Shown: piece by piece, positions 12,649-25,504 of the stretch
Layout of the letters: each line of letters begins with the position of its first letter
How positions within the stretch are numbered: position 1 is the stretch's first letter
Source: Gekko japonicus
Lineage: Eukaryota
Length of the DNA: 61,156 bases
Reading direction: 5' to 3'
Assembly: GCF_001447785.1 (NCBI RefSeq)
Contig: NW_015169920.1
Span: 1-61,156 of the forward strand
The notes under the pieces: model-generated
The model's database searches: none
What the model was told of the DNA's origin: nothing
The model's input: the letters and a program-made list of their open reading frames with translations, nothing else
Made by a program: the position numbers and the translations under genes

Positions 12649-13279
12649 TAGGGTTGTCAACCTCCAGAGATCTTGTGGAATTACAATGGCTCTCCAGACA
12701 ACTGGGATCAGTTCGCCTAGAGAAAGTGGCTTCTCTGGGGGGTGGACTGCATGGCATTGTCCCCTGCTGAGGCCCCTCTTCTCTACAAGCCCCACCCTAC
12801 CCCAGCTATCCTCCCAAATCTCTAGGAATTGCCCAATCTGGAGTTGGCAACCCTGTCTACGGCCTCTCCCACGAGAGATCCAAGACACTAGCCATTCTAG
12901 GAAGTGTGTTGACAGTACATATGTCCAGTGATCCCCTGGAATTTCTGCTTTATGGGCAGCTTAAAGGAAAAGTTTGAAGCAGAGGGGCCGAACTCATTTG
13001 TTACAAATGTCAGATCATGTGTGCCATAAAATGTAATGCCAGGCGCCGGAGATATGAACTTTATAAAGGACACGGGCAAACCCAATGAACAATATTATCC
13101 TTTACTCAAAACACAAACAAAAGTCATTGATCCCCAGGAGAACAGGTTCATCTGAACCTGGCTCTCGCAGATTTCCTCCCACCCCCTGTTCTCATCCCTC
13201 CTGCATTGGCCACAGGAGCAGCAGGGCCGAGGGGAAGGCATGACAGAGAGGCCGGCCACCGGTGAGGGATGGGGGGTAG

Positions 13280-13697
13280 CAGGGGTCATTTCGTAGAAAA
13301 AGAGGTGCAGGAGCTCATTAGCATAACTCATTAGCATAACTTATTTGCATATGCCACACCCCCTGACATCACCAGAAGTGTGTCAGAAGGCAACACCCAC
13401 TGCTCAGGCTCCACTGGACTGTTTTGGATTGCTAGCTATTTGGGGGGGGAGGGGGACGTGCAGATCTGTCCTCACAGAGGAGGGAGAGCTTGTACCTGAA
13501 TAAAACTTGGTCTTAAAGGTGCCACTGGACTGTTTTGGGCCAGGAGGCGGGGGGAGCTCTGCAACTTACCTGGCTGCTTCTTGCTCTGACTGAGGGCTGC
13601 TGGAAGCAGGGGGTGGGGCTTGTTGCATGTGTCCGCCCCCTGGGCTCTTTACTGCCAGAGCTCCACTCCTGTGTGCTCCTGCAGGAAATGACCCCTG
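13280..13697. mobile_element. hAT MITE family A nested in a Blackjack-like MITE
   Basis: 8-bp TSD gggggtag. Confidence 0.92.
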
Positions 13698-15347
13698 GGG
13701 GGTAGGTTTGCCAGATCCAGGCTGGGAAACTCCTGGAGATTTGGGGATGGAGTCTGGGGAGGACAGGGACCTCAGTGAGGTACAATGCCACATAGTCCAC
13801 CCTCCAAAGCAGCCATTTTCTTCACGGAACTGATTTGTGTAGTCTGGTGATGACTCCAGGGGATTCCCAGGTCCCACCTGGAGGCTGGCATCCCTGTGAG
13901 AAGGGAATCGAGATATCTTTCTCACTCTCCTCCCATTTTGCACTCTTAAAGGCCTATTCCATACATGACAATGGGTGTGTACATGGATCTCTTCCTACAC
14001 CCATGCAATGTTTCCTCGAAGCTATGCAGTCCCGTGAGCAGAAATTCTACTTTGTGAGCTACTGGCATTCAAGTTGTGAGCGAGCCATTTCGCTGCTGCA
14101 GAAATTGGTTTGCTCTGGAGCCCTCCTTCCTGAGCGAAGACAAAAAAAATGTGTGAGCCTGAGGCTAAAAAACTGTGAGCTAGCTCACACTCACTCAGCT
14201 TAGAGGGAACACTGCACCCATGTGTACCCTTGTAAGGACCATTCCATCAGCCCCTTCACGTTGCCAACTGGCTGGGCGGGAGGGAATGTCCTGTCCTCTT
14301 GATAGAAACTTAACATGCTGTAATGGGCAAGTCAAGCTTTCCACGATATGCAAGTCGCCTGCTGTTTGCTTGCCGATCAAACTGATAGTAAAAGGGACAG
14401 CCAGAGGGCCTGCTTGGACAGCTGGCTGCCCTCTCGACAGCCCCCGACGGTGTGGAGTCACACTTGTTCTCTCTCTGGCAGATGAACCCAAATCCTTCTA
14501 TAAGTCTTCCTTCTCTGAAGTCTTCCTTGCTCAAGAGATTCCTTACTCAACATGCCCTTACATAAGGCCCTGTTCGTTTTCGACAAAACACCCACACTCT
14601 GTTATGAGCACAGAGGGAGTGGCGGGATTGTGCTCTCTGGCCCTGCCCCCAGAAGGCATGTGTGCAAGATCTGGATGTGGGATTAAGAGCTTGGCTTTCG
14701 TAGTGTTCCAAATCTAAGGCTGCTGGAACAGACAGCCCTCAGAACAGGCTTCAAAAAGCTGCACTATCAGCGTCCCGGGGAGGTGAAGAATTAGATCTCC
14801 ACCAGTGTTCCCTCTAAGCTGCGTTAGCGTGAGCCAGCTCACAGTTTTCTAGCCTCCAGCTCACACGTTTTTGTCTAAGCTCAGGGAGTAGGGCTCCAGA
14901 GCAAACTAATTGATGCCGTAGCCGAATCGCTCGCTCACAGCTTTAATGCCCGTAGCTCACAAAGTAGAATTTTTGCTCACAAGACTCCACGTCTTAGAGG
15001 GAACATTGATCTCTACAAGAATGGAGAGCTTTGAGTGACAGGCTACTCCAAGCACTCTGATTGGCCAGCTCCAGCGGAGGGGAGACGTTTTGTTAGCTGG
15101 GAGCCGAGGGGGAATTGGGCATCCTGACAGATCCCTGATGTGAGGGAAGAGAGACGATTCGGGACCGTAACCGTTGAAAATCTGCTCTGAGGAAGAACTC
15201 AGGTCCATTCTGCATCTGGCACTCGCTCCACATTTTCTCAGCCCTGAGGGAAAAGTGCAGCTCAAAGCCACATTCAGATACCCCGGGCGCAATGCCGTAC
15301 TGACTGTGCACTGTGCACCCCTGAATGGCCATAAATCTATGCAGAAG

Positions 15348-15743
15348 CAGGGCTATTTTGGGGCAGGAACGCACAGGAACGGAGTTCCGGCTGGCTCCCA
15401 AGTTGGCCACGCCCAGCAGGAACTCATTAGCATAATAGGCCACACCCAACAGCAGGAACTCATTAGGATTGGCTACATTAGGGACGTGTGGCCTAACATG
15501 CAAAGGAGTTCCTGCTACAAAAAAAGCCCTGGGTTTTGACAACAAACAAGGTAAACAGAATAAGAAGCAAAAGGTGGGTGTGGCTGGATGACCACACTTC
15601 TGGTAACATGGGGGTGTGGCCTAATATGCTAATGAGCTGTATTGTCATGGTTGTGGCCTAATATGCTAATGAGTTTCTGCTGTTGGGTGTGGTCTATTAT
15701 GCTAATGAGTTCCTGCTGGTCTTTTTCTACAAAAAAAGCCCTG
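15348..15743. mobile_element. hAT MITE family B, nested in a Harbinger-like element (~15202-15870)
   Basis: 8-bp TSD tgcagaag. Confidence 0.92.
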
Positions 15744-16491
15744 TGCAGAAGGTACCATAAAACCCGATGAACAAAGGAAGTGAAAGCGGCATGCAGTGTA
15801 CAGGGGAGATTCACGACCTGACGTGGCTGGGGGGGAAACTGCGGAGAAACAGACGGGTGCAGAATCGGCCTCAGTTGAGGAACTGAAAAAAGATCTGAGT
15901 CTCAGCTTGTGCTGAAAGTAGCTTTACACAGCCACAAGAGCTGGGAATGAGATTTGGCGAGGTGGTTGGGAAGTCAGACGAGACTCCCATTCAGGCCAAA
16001 GGAAAGGGGATATGTCTTCTAAAAAAAAAGAAGAAGGATCCCTGCCCAGTTGAATGGAGAGAGTTATCTCTGGGAGGGGGAGGAGATCTTTGGTCTCTTG
16101 TGAAAGGAAACTGCTTGAGACACCTCAAGTGCTAGATAGAAACTAGGGATTAAAAGGAAGTTATGTGCTGAAAGAAGGTATCAGCCTCAAGGAAATAAGA
16201 GGAGAAATAGGAAACTCCTCCGCTTGCACCTGGCTGGATGACCTTGGACAAGCCGTAGTTCTGATAAGAGCTGTTCTTGAAAAAGAGCAGTTTCTATCAA
16301 GAGCTCTCTCAGCCCCACCTACCTCACAGGGTGTCTGTGGTGGGGAGGGGAAGGGAAAGGAGTTTGTAAGCCGCTCTGAGACTCCTCTGGATAGTGAAGG
16401 GCGGGGTATAAATCCAACCTCCTCCTCCTCTTCTTCTTCATAGTAGTGTTTGGAAAACACAGGGGAGAAAGCCTCTTGATATTAAGATCTT

Positions 16492-17141
16492 TTTTTTTTT
16501 AATCCTCGGAGGGATATTTTTTATTTTGCAAAACTACAAAAGCTACAAAGAAATAATAGGGAAGGGACTACATCTAAGGAGAAAGAAAAGCAAACCACAC
16601 TAATTTAAAACCCCAAGAGGAGGAGATCTTTTCACTGTTAGTTAAAATGTTAGTATTATTAAATGTCACAATATACTTGTAGAGTTCTTGCTTATAACAG
16701 TTTGCTATTTATATGTTATTTTGTTAGTTGTTATGAGAGAAATCTCTGATCATCTTATTCTTCGCTTTAAAAAGGCCATTTTCCAAGTCCTTCTGCGTTT
16801 ACTTTGGCTTTCTGTCTCTGAAATCGTACACCACTCTGGCAGGTCCTGCACCCTTTTCTGCCACAGAGTCCTCTTCCGTTCCCGAGGTAACAGAGTCACT
16901 AGACTTCGTTTCTTCCTCTTTGGACTCTTCCTCTTCCCCCAGCTGTCGTCTCAAAAATTCTTTAGCTTTAAAAGTGGAGTCTATCTTCTCTCTTCTGTCG
17001 TTGATTTTAAAGATGACACCTTCTGGAACCACCCATCTGTACGATATCCCATTTGTTTGAAGAAAAGAAATTAGATCCTTGTAGTTTTTCCTCTTTTGTC
17101 TGATTTCTAATGGAATATCCTTTAGTGTTTTGATGATTACA
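16492..17141 (-). mobile_element. Retroposed L1 ORF1-only (HAL1-like) copy
   Basis: ORF1 C-terminus KDIPLEIRQKRK...GISYRW; AATAAA (16520-16525, minus) and poly(A); 14-bp TSD gatattaagatctt (16478-16491 / 17142-17155). Confidence 0.8.
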
Positions 17142-17958
17142 GATATTAAGATCTTAATACCTAAGAAGATAATCTTCAAGAAGTCTCATTTGCCTGTATA
17201 AAGAAGCTGTACAACCACTGAGCGTTGCCTCGAAGTTAACAACTCCTGAGTCCGCCTGACCTTCCCCTGTCTTTTAAATGATTTTTTTCCCTGTTTGACT
17301 TTTACATTGTCTCAAGTGCCAGTGGAAGGGGTTCAGCCCAAGAGGGCTCCTGATTCTTCCCTCAGGTTCCAGGGCTGGGCTAAAAGCCAAATGATATCTC
17401 TGTGACCGGGTGGGACAGTCTTGTAAAGACAAAGAAGAAAACCATGTGACTTGGGGCGGCTCCATCACAGAAGGGAGCAAAACTTTGGAGGGAAAGATCT
17501 ACCTCTGAGGGAGGGGAGTGTGAGGGACTGTCATAGCTGCCAACCTCCAGATGGCAGCTGGAGATATCCTGGGGTTACAACTGATCTCCAGAAGACAGAG
17601 ATCACTCCACCTGGAGAAAATGGCATCATACCCCACTGAGGCCCCTCCCCACCCCACACCCCGCCCTCCTCAGGCTCCACCCACAAAGTCTCCAGGTATT
17701 TCCCAACCCGGAACTGGCAACCCTACTAAGGTATTAGACCCTGCTGAGGTCCCTCATGTCCCAGGTTTTGTCATCCCCAGGCTCCACCCCCAAATCTCCA
17801 GGAATTTCCCACCTCAGAGTTGGCGACTATCCAACCTGCATCCTTTTCTCCCTGCTGCCCCAACCCTATGTGGCTTTTCCCTGTGTGGATATTACTCTAC
17901 CTGGCATAGCCTTCTTGGGGGTCAAGAGAGTTCCATCTTCCTCCTCCCCTCGGGTGTG

Positions 17959-18243
17959 TAAAGGTAAAGGTTCCCTTGCTCGAAAGCCAGTCGAGTCCGA
18001 CTCTAGGGTTGCGGTGCTCATCTCCGTTTCCAAGCCGAAGAGCCAGCGCTGTCCAAAGACGTTTCCGTGGTCATGTGGCCGGCATGACTAAACACCAAGG
18101 CGCACGGAACGCTGTGACCTTCCCACTGAAGCGGTACCTATTTATCTACTTGCAATTTCTTGCTTTCGAACTGCTAAGTTGGCAGGAGCTGGAACTAGAG
18201 ATGGGAGCTCACTCCGTCATGCGGCACACTCGGGTCTCGAACT
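17959..18243 (-). mobile_element. Sauria SINE, 5'-truncated
   Basis: Near-identical to the copy at 10-360. Confidence 0.88.
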
Positions 18244-19433
18244 GATGAGCTGTAAAAGCAAGTGAGAAGCAGAAGTGGTTTGCCATTGCCTTGCTCTGCA
18301 GAGCCTTCCTGGGTGGTCTCCCATCCATGTACTGACCCCACTAAGCTTCCGAGATCTGAATTAATCGGGCCACACCGTACCTCCTTCCCTCCCTCTGCTC
18401 CTCTTACTGGTAGAGAAAACGATGAGGATACAACTATATTTCTAGATAGCAAGCAATTCAGTTTTGGAATCAGTGTACGGGTTTAGCACAGAAGAGCCAG
18501 AACGGTGTGGGGGCCACTGGCCTGGGTGCTATACACCTCCACCAGAACTGCGGCCACCACAGTGCGTCACTTGCATCATCCCCTTCCTGGTGGGCAGCAT
18601 ATTCTGCCATGAGCACAGGCGGCATTGGGAAAGTGCTTGCGAGTGGGTGGGAAAGAGCTCATGGGCGGGTGGCAGGGGAAGGACATGGGCAAGAGGGTCA
18701 AGGGCCATGGGCCCCAGCAGATGTCTTGGGCCGTGGTAGCTGCCCCCCTTCAAGGTATGCTGACGCTATGCATAACCACTATAGCACCAGTGACTCACAA
18801 TTGCATTTTAACAAGGTGTCTCGAAAAGGGACAATCATTTGCCAGGGACGTACACGCATTGGGACTTTCCCTGGGAAATGAAGACGGTTGGAGCCTATCT
18901 GATCTACAAAGGTGACAATACTCNNNNNNNNNNNNNNNNNNNNNNNNNNNNNNNNNNNNNNNNNNNNNNNNNNNNNNNNNNNNNNNNNNNNNNNNNNNNN
19001 NNNNNNNNNNNNNNNNNNNNNNNNNNNNNNNNNNNNNNNNNNNNNNNNNNNNNNNNNNNNNNNNNNNNNNNNNNNNNNNNNNNNNNNNNNNNNNNNNNNN
19101 NNNNNNNNNNNNNNNNNNNNNNNNNNNNNNNNNNNNNNNNNNNNNNNNNNNNNNNNNNNNNNNNNNNNNNNNGTAGAGGCGTAACACACAGCCCCCCGCC
19201 GCCTATATATATAATTGGATAAACAAATATCATGATCAATATCTGTTTTTAACCCCCTTTTGTTTTTATTTTCGACCATCTCATTTCATGCTAATAAGAA
19301 GCAAATTTGCATTTTCCCCCCAATAAAAACCTGTGTGTGATATTTGTTCATGTCACGCGGCTCTCAAACATCGGATGCTTAGTCTGCGTGGCTCTTATGT
19401 TAAGCAAGCTGGGCCAGCCCTGCTCCAGGCTAA

Positions 19434-19724
19434 GGGGTGATTTCCCACAAGCGCTGCTCCACACTCACTCCTCCCTCCCTTTTGCCCCGATGGTATGTGT
19501 CAATTTCACACAAGCTGCTGCGCGGCCGCATTTTGCCCCCGCAGTTTTGTGCGATTTCCCCCGCGTCTACTCAATCCTCAAAAAACAGGATTGAGTAGAC
19601 GCGGGGAAATCGCACGAAGCTGCGGGGCAAAATGCGGTCGCGCAGTAGCTTGTGTGAAATTGACACGTACCATCGGGCCAAAGAGAAGAGTGAGCGCGGA
19701 GCAGCGCTTGTGGGAAATCACCCC
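19434..19724. mobile_element. Fully palindromic Harbinger-like MITE
   Basis: Arms pair over the whole length around the loop caaaaaac (19579-19586); TAA/TTA flanks; related deleted copy at 9609-9806. Confidence 0.82.
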
Positions 19725-19925
19725 TTAGTCTTCCTCTGTCCAAAGTGCTATTTCTGACTGGACACAGCCAAGGTAAGAACCCAGGCTAGTGGGATGCACG
19801 CCACATGACAGCGCTCTTCGGGTACAGATTTGGAGGTCCCCCTCCCCTTTTTGCTTGCAAATGAAGACAGCCAAGGTGTACTAGACATACAAGATTAATG
19901 GCTCTCATCTACCGTGGCCCTAGAT

Positions 19926-20567
19926 CAGGGGTCCCCAACGTAGTGCTTACCGAAGCCTTTGCAGGCACCTGCCAAGTGTTTTTAGAAAGTGGACAGGGCC
20001 AGGGGTGACATCTGCCCATCAAGGTTTCTGATCGACAACTGGAGATTTCGAAGGAGGAGGAGGAGATGATTGGATTTATACCCGGCCCTTCACTACCCAA
20101 AGGAGTCTCAGAGCAGCTTATACTCTCCTTTCCCTTCCCCTCCCCACAACAGACGCCCTGTGAGGTAGGTGGGGCTGAGAGAGCTCTGAGAGAAAACTCT
20201 TCCCAGAAAAGCTCTGAGAGAACTTGTCACACCAGCAGCTGTCTGTGGAGGAGTGGGGAATCAAACCCGGTTCTCCCAGATTAGAGTCCATGCTCCTAAC
20301 CACTACACCAAACTGGCTTTCAGACTAGCTCTCAAACCAGCTGGGCAGAGTTTTAAAAACATTTTAAAAACATTGCTTTGGCAGCAGCTGCCACCACAGC
20401 ACAAGAACCTTCCCTCTGGGGCTGAAGGGAAGCCGTAGTGGTTGTTTCACGGCCGGCTCTGCCTCCTGCAGCAGCCACTCGGTGGCAGCCAGTTGGTGAC
20501 TTGTGCCCACCTCATTGTGTCAGACTTTCAAAGGTGCCCTCAGGATCAAAAATGCCGGGGGCCACTG
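19926..20567. mobile_element. hAT-Charlie-like MITE
   Basis: TIR CAGGGGTCCCCAAC; TSD ccctagat / ctctagat (NTCTAGAN target typical of Charlie). Confidence 0.82.
20050..20318 (-). mobile_element. Squam3-type SINE nested in a hAT-Charlie MITE
   Basis: Same family, reverse orientation. Confidence 0.82.
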
Positions 20568-20895
20568 CTCTAGATGGGCATGGTGGGTAACTTCTAACAT
20601 TTACTGAAAACAGGGGGGAATTGGTAGGCTTTTCAACAGTTAAGAGGTCTAGGAACTCACATGATCACTTGCACCTAGGAGAAAAATCCAAAGGCCAGGA
20701 CTCCAAGAATATTTTTGGGTTTACTGGTTAACCAAGAGAGACCCCAAATGGTGAGGTCAAAGGTGTTTTGACCCTCCTTTCGTTTATTCTTCCTAATCCC
20801 CACCCGCCTTCCTGCTGGTTCACCCATTGTCTCCGAGTTCTTTCTCCAGTTCCATGTGATCGGTGCTAATCTTTTCCCACCACCTGATTAAACTC

Positions 20896-20988
20896 TTTAT
20901 AAGAGGTCCCAGGAAGGAAAGGAAATGGGGAAGACTTGGGACTCTGCAGGCAATCGAATCCTCCACTTGTTGGAGCACACAGGTAAGT
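20896..20988 (+). promoter_or_regulatory. Putative TATA box and non-coding exon 1 of the RNase gene at 29112
   Basis: TTTATAAGAG ~20896 in non-repeat sequence, followed ~85 nt later by a consensus donor CAG|GTAAGT (GT at 20983). RNase A genes typically have non-coding first exons. Confidence 0.5.
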
Positions 20989-21344
20989 TGGGGCTAATGC
21001 TGCTTCTTAGCCATGTGCATGGTGCTATTCAACGTGGAGTAAAAATTGGCACCGGTGGCAGGTGATGCTGGGTGTCCAAAGTCAGGGTATGCTTCCGTCA
21101 AGTGATAGACTAGATTGGTCCCCAGTTGGATCTGTGGTCTGGAATCCAGCTCAAATGATGGGTCATCTTTAGAGAGTGTAGGAAGGGCTGTATGGGTACT
21201 TTATGTTGTCAATTTGTCTATTGGGGCTGAGAGAGCTCTGACAGAAACTGCTCTTTTCAAGAACAGCTCTGACAGAACTACGGCTTGCCCCAGGTCATCC
21301 AGCAGGTGCAAGTGGAGGAGTGGGGTATCAAACCCGGTTCTCCC

Positions 21345-21800
21345 TGCCACACGGGGGGGGGGGAATGCGTGGGCAAAGTGCAGCTTTTGAAAGCCGCACC
21401 AAAATAGGTGCGCGGCGGCGGGATCACAAAGATCCCGTGAGCCGCTGCGCACTTGTTCCCCGGCACGATCAGATGCCGGGGAGACCAGGGAGAAAGCCAC
21501 AAAACAGAGAGGGAGGCTGCCAAACTGCGCATGTGTGAGCATGTGCCGTTCGGCCCGGAGCCTCAGATGCGCCGGCAGAAGGACGCGGCAGCGATCCCAC
21601 GGCCGCGCTTGCCGTGGCCTTTCTGGTAAGTCCACCACCTCTAGGGGTGGTTCTTTTTTTGCAGTGGGTTTTCGGCCTGAAGGGCCGGATCGGGGACGGG
21701 TGTGCGCCGCTTCCCAGATGTTGCAGTGCGATCGCGCCCATTTGCTGCACCCCCGATCCGTCCCTCTCCCGGCCCAAACCCTTACGTGTGACCGGGCGCC
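21345..21800. mobile_element. CpG-rich Harbinger-like element inserted in a Squam3 SINE
   Basis: Ends cgtgtgaccggg; an inverted homologue lies at 29675-30113. Confidence 0.75.
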
Positions 21801-22808
21801 CCCGATTAGAGTCTGTGCACTTAACCACTACACCAAGAGTGAAATTTCCCACTGTTCCATCCAGCCAATGCCAATATAAACATGGGCTAAAGACCCGGGA
21901 TCGAGACGACCGCGAAGTTCGAAATCTAGAGCTCTTGCAAACAAACCACTCTGAGCTATGCAAAGAACAGGAAGCACTGCCCAAAGCCCCCAACAGCAGA
22001 AGTGGAGGAGGTTGGGGCTGGGTAGAATGAGAATGATAGCTTTATATACATACATCTCTAATGTACCTTAAAGATTTCCACAAGCGCCTTGAGGAGATGG
22101 ACAGAGAAACGTAGAAGGAAAAGGAACCTCACTTAAGCCGTCATAATGGCTTAATTACACCTTAATCTTCTCAACAGAAATTAGATGGGCTCCTTGGCAA
22201 GCAAGAACAGGTTAATGATTACATGATGTCAGCTTCCCTAGGCATCAGGAACCAGGCCAGAGAGAGAGAGAAACCTTTGCCAGCTGGGACAGATTTCAAA
22301 CTAAAAAAAAAAGACTTCTAAAAGAAAACCCTTGGTTCTCCACAGAATGGGGAAATAAAATCAAGCTGCTTTTCCATAAGAAAGGAATTTAGGTTTCCAT
22401 AAAAGTCTTCATGACTGGACAGCTGACGATAGCAAAGCGGGAGGAGAAGGTCTGGGGACTAGGGTTCCCAAGTACTTACCGCGATTCGGTGGGGGACACA
22501 TGATCCCCGGCCGGAACATTCCTCCCTGTAACGCACCATGCCATCGTGGTCCTGGGAAGAAGTATGTTTCCCCCGCTGAATCACGGTAAGTACTTGGTAA
22601 GCCTGCTGGGATCAGATCTGAACACTGACCGAAGCAGAATGGCACGCAGGCCTCTTTCTCTGCCTTCTTTGATTGAAATCACTTGGGGGTGCGTTTTGAA
22701 TGCTACTTACATGTATCCATGCATCATGAAGCTATGCTCTGCCATGCAGATTAATGCTATGCATCTATACACGCTTGCGTATAATACACGCTTATGTTAT
22801 ACACACTA

Positions 22809-23165
22809 TAAAGGTAAAGGTAAAGGTTCCCTTGCTTGAAAGCCAGTCAAGTCCGACTCTAGGGTTGCGGTGCTCATCTCCGTTTCAAAGCCGAAGAGCC
22901 AGAGCTGAACGAAGACGTTTCCGTGGTCATGTGGCCGGCGGCATGACTAAACACCAAGGCGCATGGAACGCTGTTACCTTCCCACCAAAGTGGTACGGTA
23001 CCTATTTATCTCCTTGCAATTTCTTGCTTTCGAACTGCTAGGTTGGCAGGAGCTGGAACTAGAGATGTGAGCTCACTCCATCATGTGGCACACTCGGGTC
23101 TCGAATTACTGACCTTTCACAGCCTGCAGTTCAGTGTCTTAACCACTTGAGCCACCGCAGCTCTT
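22809..23165 (-). mobile_element. Sauria SINE
   Basis: Same family; flanks tacacactata / tacatactata. Confidence 0.9.
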
Positions 23166-23871
23166 TCTACATACTATACACTTGGTCTTAAGCCAAAAGG
23201 CTGAAAAAGCCATTGGTTGATTCGTTGTTCAATTTTAAACCATTAACTTGATTTGAATGGTTACTGCACATCTCAAACTGATAGAATTTTTACTTGGTAT
23301 TGTGATTACTGTACTGTATTGTGTTTCTTCTGGACGCTGTTTTCTTGGTGCTGTTTGCTAAGGCCATGAGCTAATGCAATAAAGATGATGGTGATGATGA
23401 TATGCACACTATACACTACAGTATCCATTACTACTAGTAACCAGGAACTCCTGAAAGGATGGATTTGGGGGGAAACTAAGAAATAAGGAAGAATAATTGT
23501 CATGGAAGGATTGTTTCTAGAATGGATGCCATCAGGAGACAGGCCACACCTACAGTTAGGCCAAAACAGAACTGGATTCAGGAACGGTTCCAGCACAGGG
23601 CAACTTGACCCAGTAGAGTTGGGTGTCCTTGGCAAGGGGCAGTGTTTTTCATGACCAAACGATAGGAAACACATTGTTCAGGACCATATGATAATTTTTG
23701 CCAACAATGATATGTCACTGAGTTAGTAGAAACCCAAGAGTAATTGTAAGAATCTGATTGGGTTAAAAGATTGGGTGGACAAGCCAAACAGAGTATAAGA
23801 ATAGGGGAATGCCCAATAAGAGTCAGGCAGAGAAGATCCAAAGCCTCTCCCCCTCACTTCCTGTCTTTCAG

Positions 23872-23900
23872 GTGTTCATCTGAAGGAAAACCTCGTGGAG
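23872..23900 (+). other. Putative 29-nt internal 5'UTR exon of the RNase gene at 29112
   Basis: Strong acceptor cctctccccctcacttcctgtctttcAG and donor GAG|GTAAGG; no ATG inside. Confidence 0.45.
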
Positions 23901-24323
23901 GTAAGGCCTTTTCCTACCAAGCCAACTTTGGGCCAGCTTTGCATGTGATCCACTACCCTTTTCCCTGGAGGACTGGCGAGAGTCATATGCCGCTTGCTAT
24001 GTCCTTATGTTGCTTTTCATGCTCCATGCTGCTCATGCTTTATGCTGTTTTAGGCAAAACTGATGCTTCAATACAGGCAAGGATATTTTAGGTAAGGCTA
24101 AGCGACATACCCTCAATGTATCTTCCTGTGTTGGGGTAGGGTCTGGGAATTCCAAAAGTGAAGAAAAGAGAAACTCCTTGTTAGAGTTGATGTATTAATA
24201 ACATCCCATAAAATGTATGAACCTGGTGTCCAAGTTCTTTCTTCTCCTGGAAGCAGATCAAGATGGGTAGCTGTGTTACTCTGCCTGTAGCAGCAGAAAA
24301 GAGCAAGAGTCCAGGAGCATCTT

Positions 24324-24714
24324 AAAGGTAAAGGTAAAGGTTCCCTTGCTCGAAAGCCAGTCGAATCCGACTCTAGGGTTGCAGTGCTCATCTCCGTTTC
24401 AAAGCTGAAGAGCCAGCGCTGGAACTAGAGATGGGAGCTCACTCCATCCAGAGCTGTCCGAAGACGTTTCCGTGGTCATGTGGCCAGCATGACTAAACAC
24501 CAAGGCGCACGGAACGCTGTTCCCTTCCCACCGAAGTGGTACCTATTTATCTACTTGCAATTTCTTGCTTTCGAACTGCTAGGTTGGCAGGAGCTGGAAC
24601 TAGAGACGGGAGCTCACTCCGTCATGCGGCACACTCGGGTCTCGAACTGCTGAACTACCGACCTTCCACAGCCTGCAGTTCAGCATCTTAACCACTTGAG
24701 CCACCGCAGCTCCT
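24324..24714 (-). mobile_element. Sauria SINE with small internal duplication, nested in a Penelope-derived repeat
   Basis: Same family; extra copy of gctggaactagagatgggagctcactcc at ~24418-24447; flanks tcttaaagg on both sides. Confidence 0.88.
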
Positions 24715-24928
24715 TAGTCTTAAAGGCTAACAAAATCTGTGGCAGGGGAGGAGCTCTCGTGAGTCACGGCTCACTTCTTCAGATACCCGAAGAAGTGAGC
24801 AGTGATTCCTGGAAGCGTCGTTCCCAGAGAGTAACATTCAAAAGATCCCTCTCGCAAACACAGGTTTAGCCTGGAAATAATGCAGGCGAACAGATGGCTC
24901 CATGGAACAGAGGAAGGCTCAACATTTG

Positions 24929-25069
24929 GGCTGCGGTCACGCACACTAAATAATCCATCTTCAATCCACTTTCAATGCACTTTCCAACTGGATTTTTACT
25001 GTGTGAACTGGCAAAATCCAGTTAGAAGGTGCATTGAAAGTGGATTATTTAGTGTGCGTGATCACAGCC
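24929..25069. mobile_element. Short palindromic Harbinger-like MITE
   Basis: ggctgcggtcacgcacactaaataat...attatttagtgtgcgtgatcacagcc; second copy ~48511-48650; a similar hairpin MITE lies at 8421-8612 with TCA flanks. Confidence 0.75.
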
Positions 25070-25101
25070 TTAGTTGAGTGCAGTGGTGGGGTACATCCCA
25101 G

Positions 25102-25504
25102 CAGGGGTCATTTCATAGAAAAAGAGGTGCAGGAGCTCATTAGCATAATTCATTAGCATAACTTATTTGCATGTGCCACACCCCCTGACATAACCGGAAG
25201 TGTGTCAGAAGGCTCCACTGGACTGTTTTGGATTGCTAGCTATTGGGGGGGGGGGAAACGTGCAGATCTGTCCCTCGCAGAGGAGGGAGAGCTTGTGCCT
25301 GAATAAAACTTGGTCTTAAAGGTGCCACTGGACTGTTTTGGACCGGGGGCTGGGGGGGGAGGGCTCTGCAATTTACCTGGCTGTTTCTTGCTCTGACTGA
25401 GGGCTGCTGGGAGCAGGGGGTGGGGCTTGTTGGATGTGCCCGCCCCCTGGGCTCTTTACTGCCGGAGCTCCGCTCCTGTGCGCTCCGGCAGGAAATGACC
25501 CCTG
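25102..25504. mobile_element. hAT MITE family A
   Basis: 8-bp TSD catcccag. Confidence 0.92.

Noticed and set aside
23306-23841. Cys/Trp-containing minus-strand ORFs, possible ERV env or RNase relic
   Set aside because: No recognisable RNase or env motif; cannot be supported without a search.
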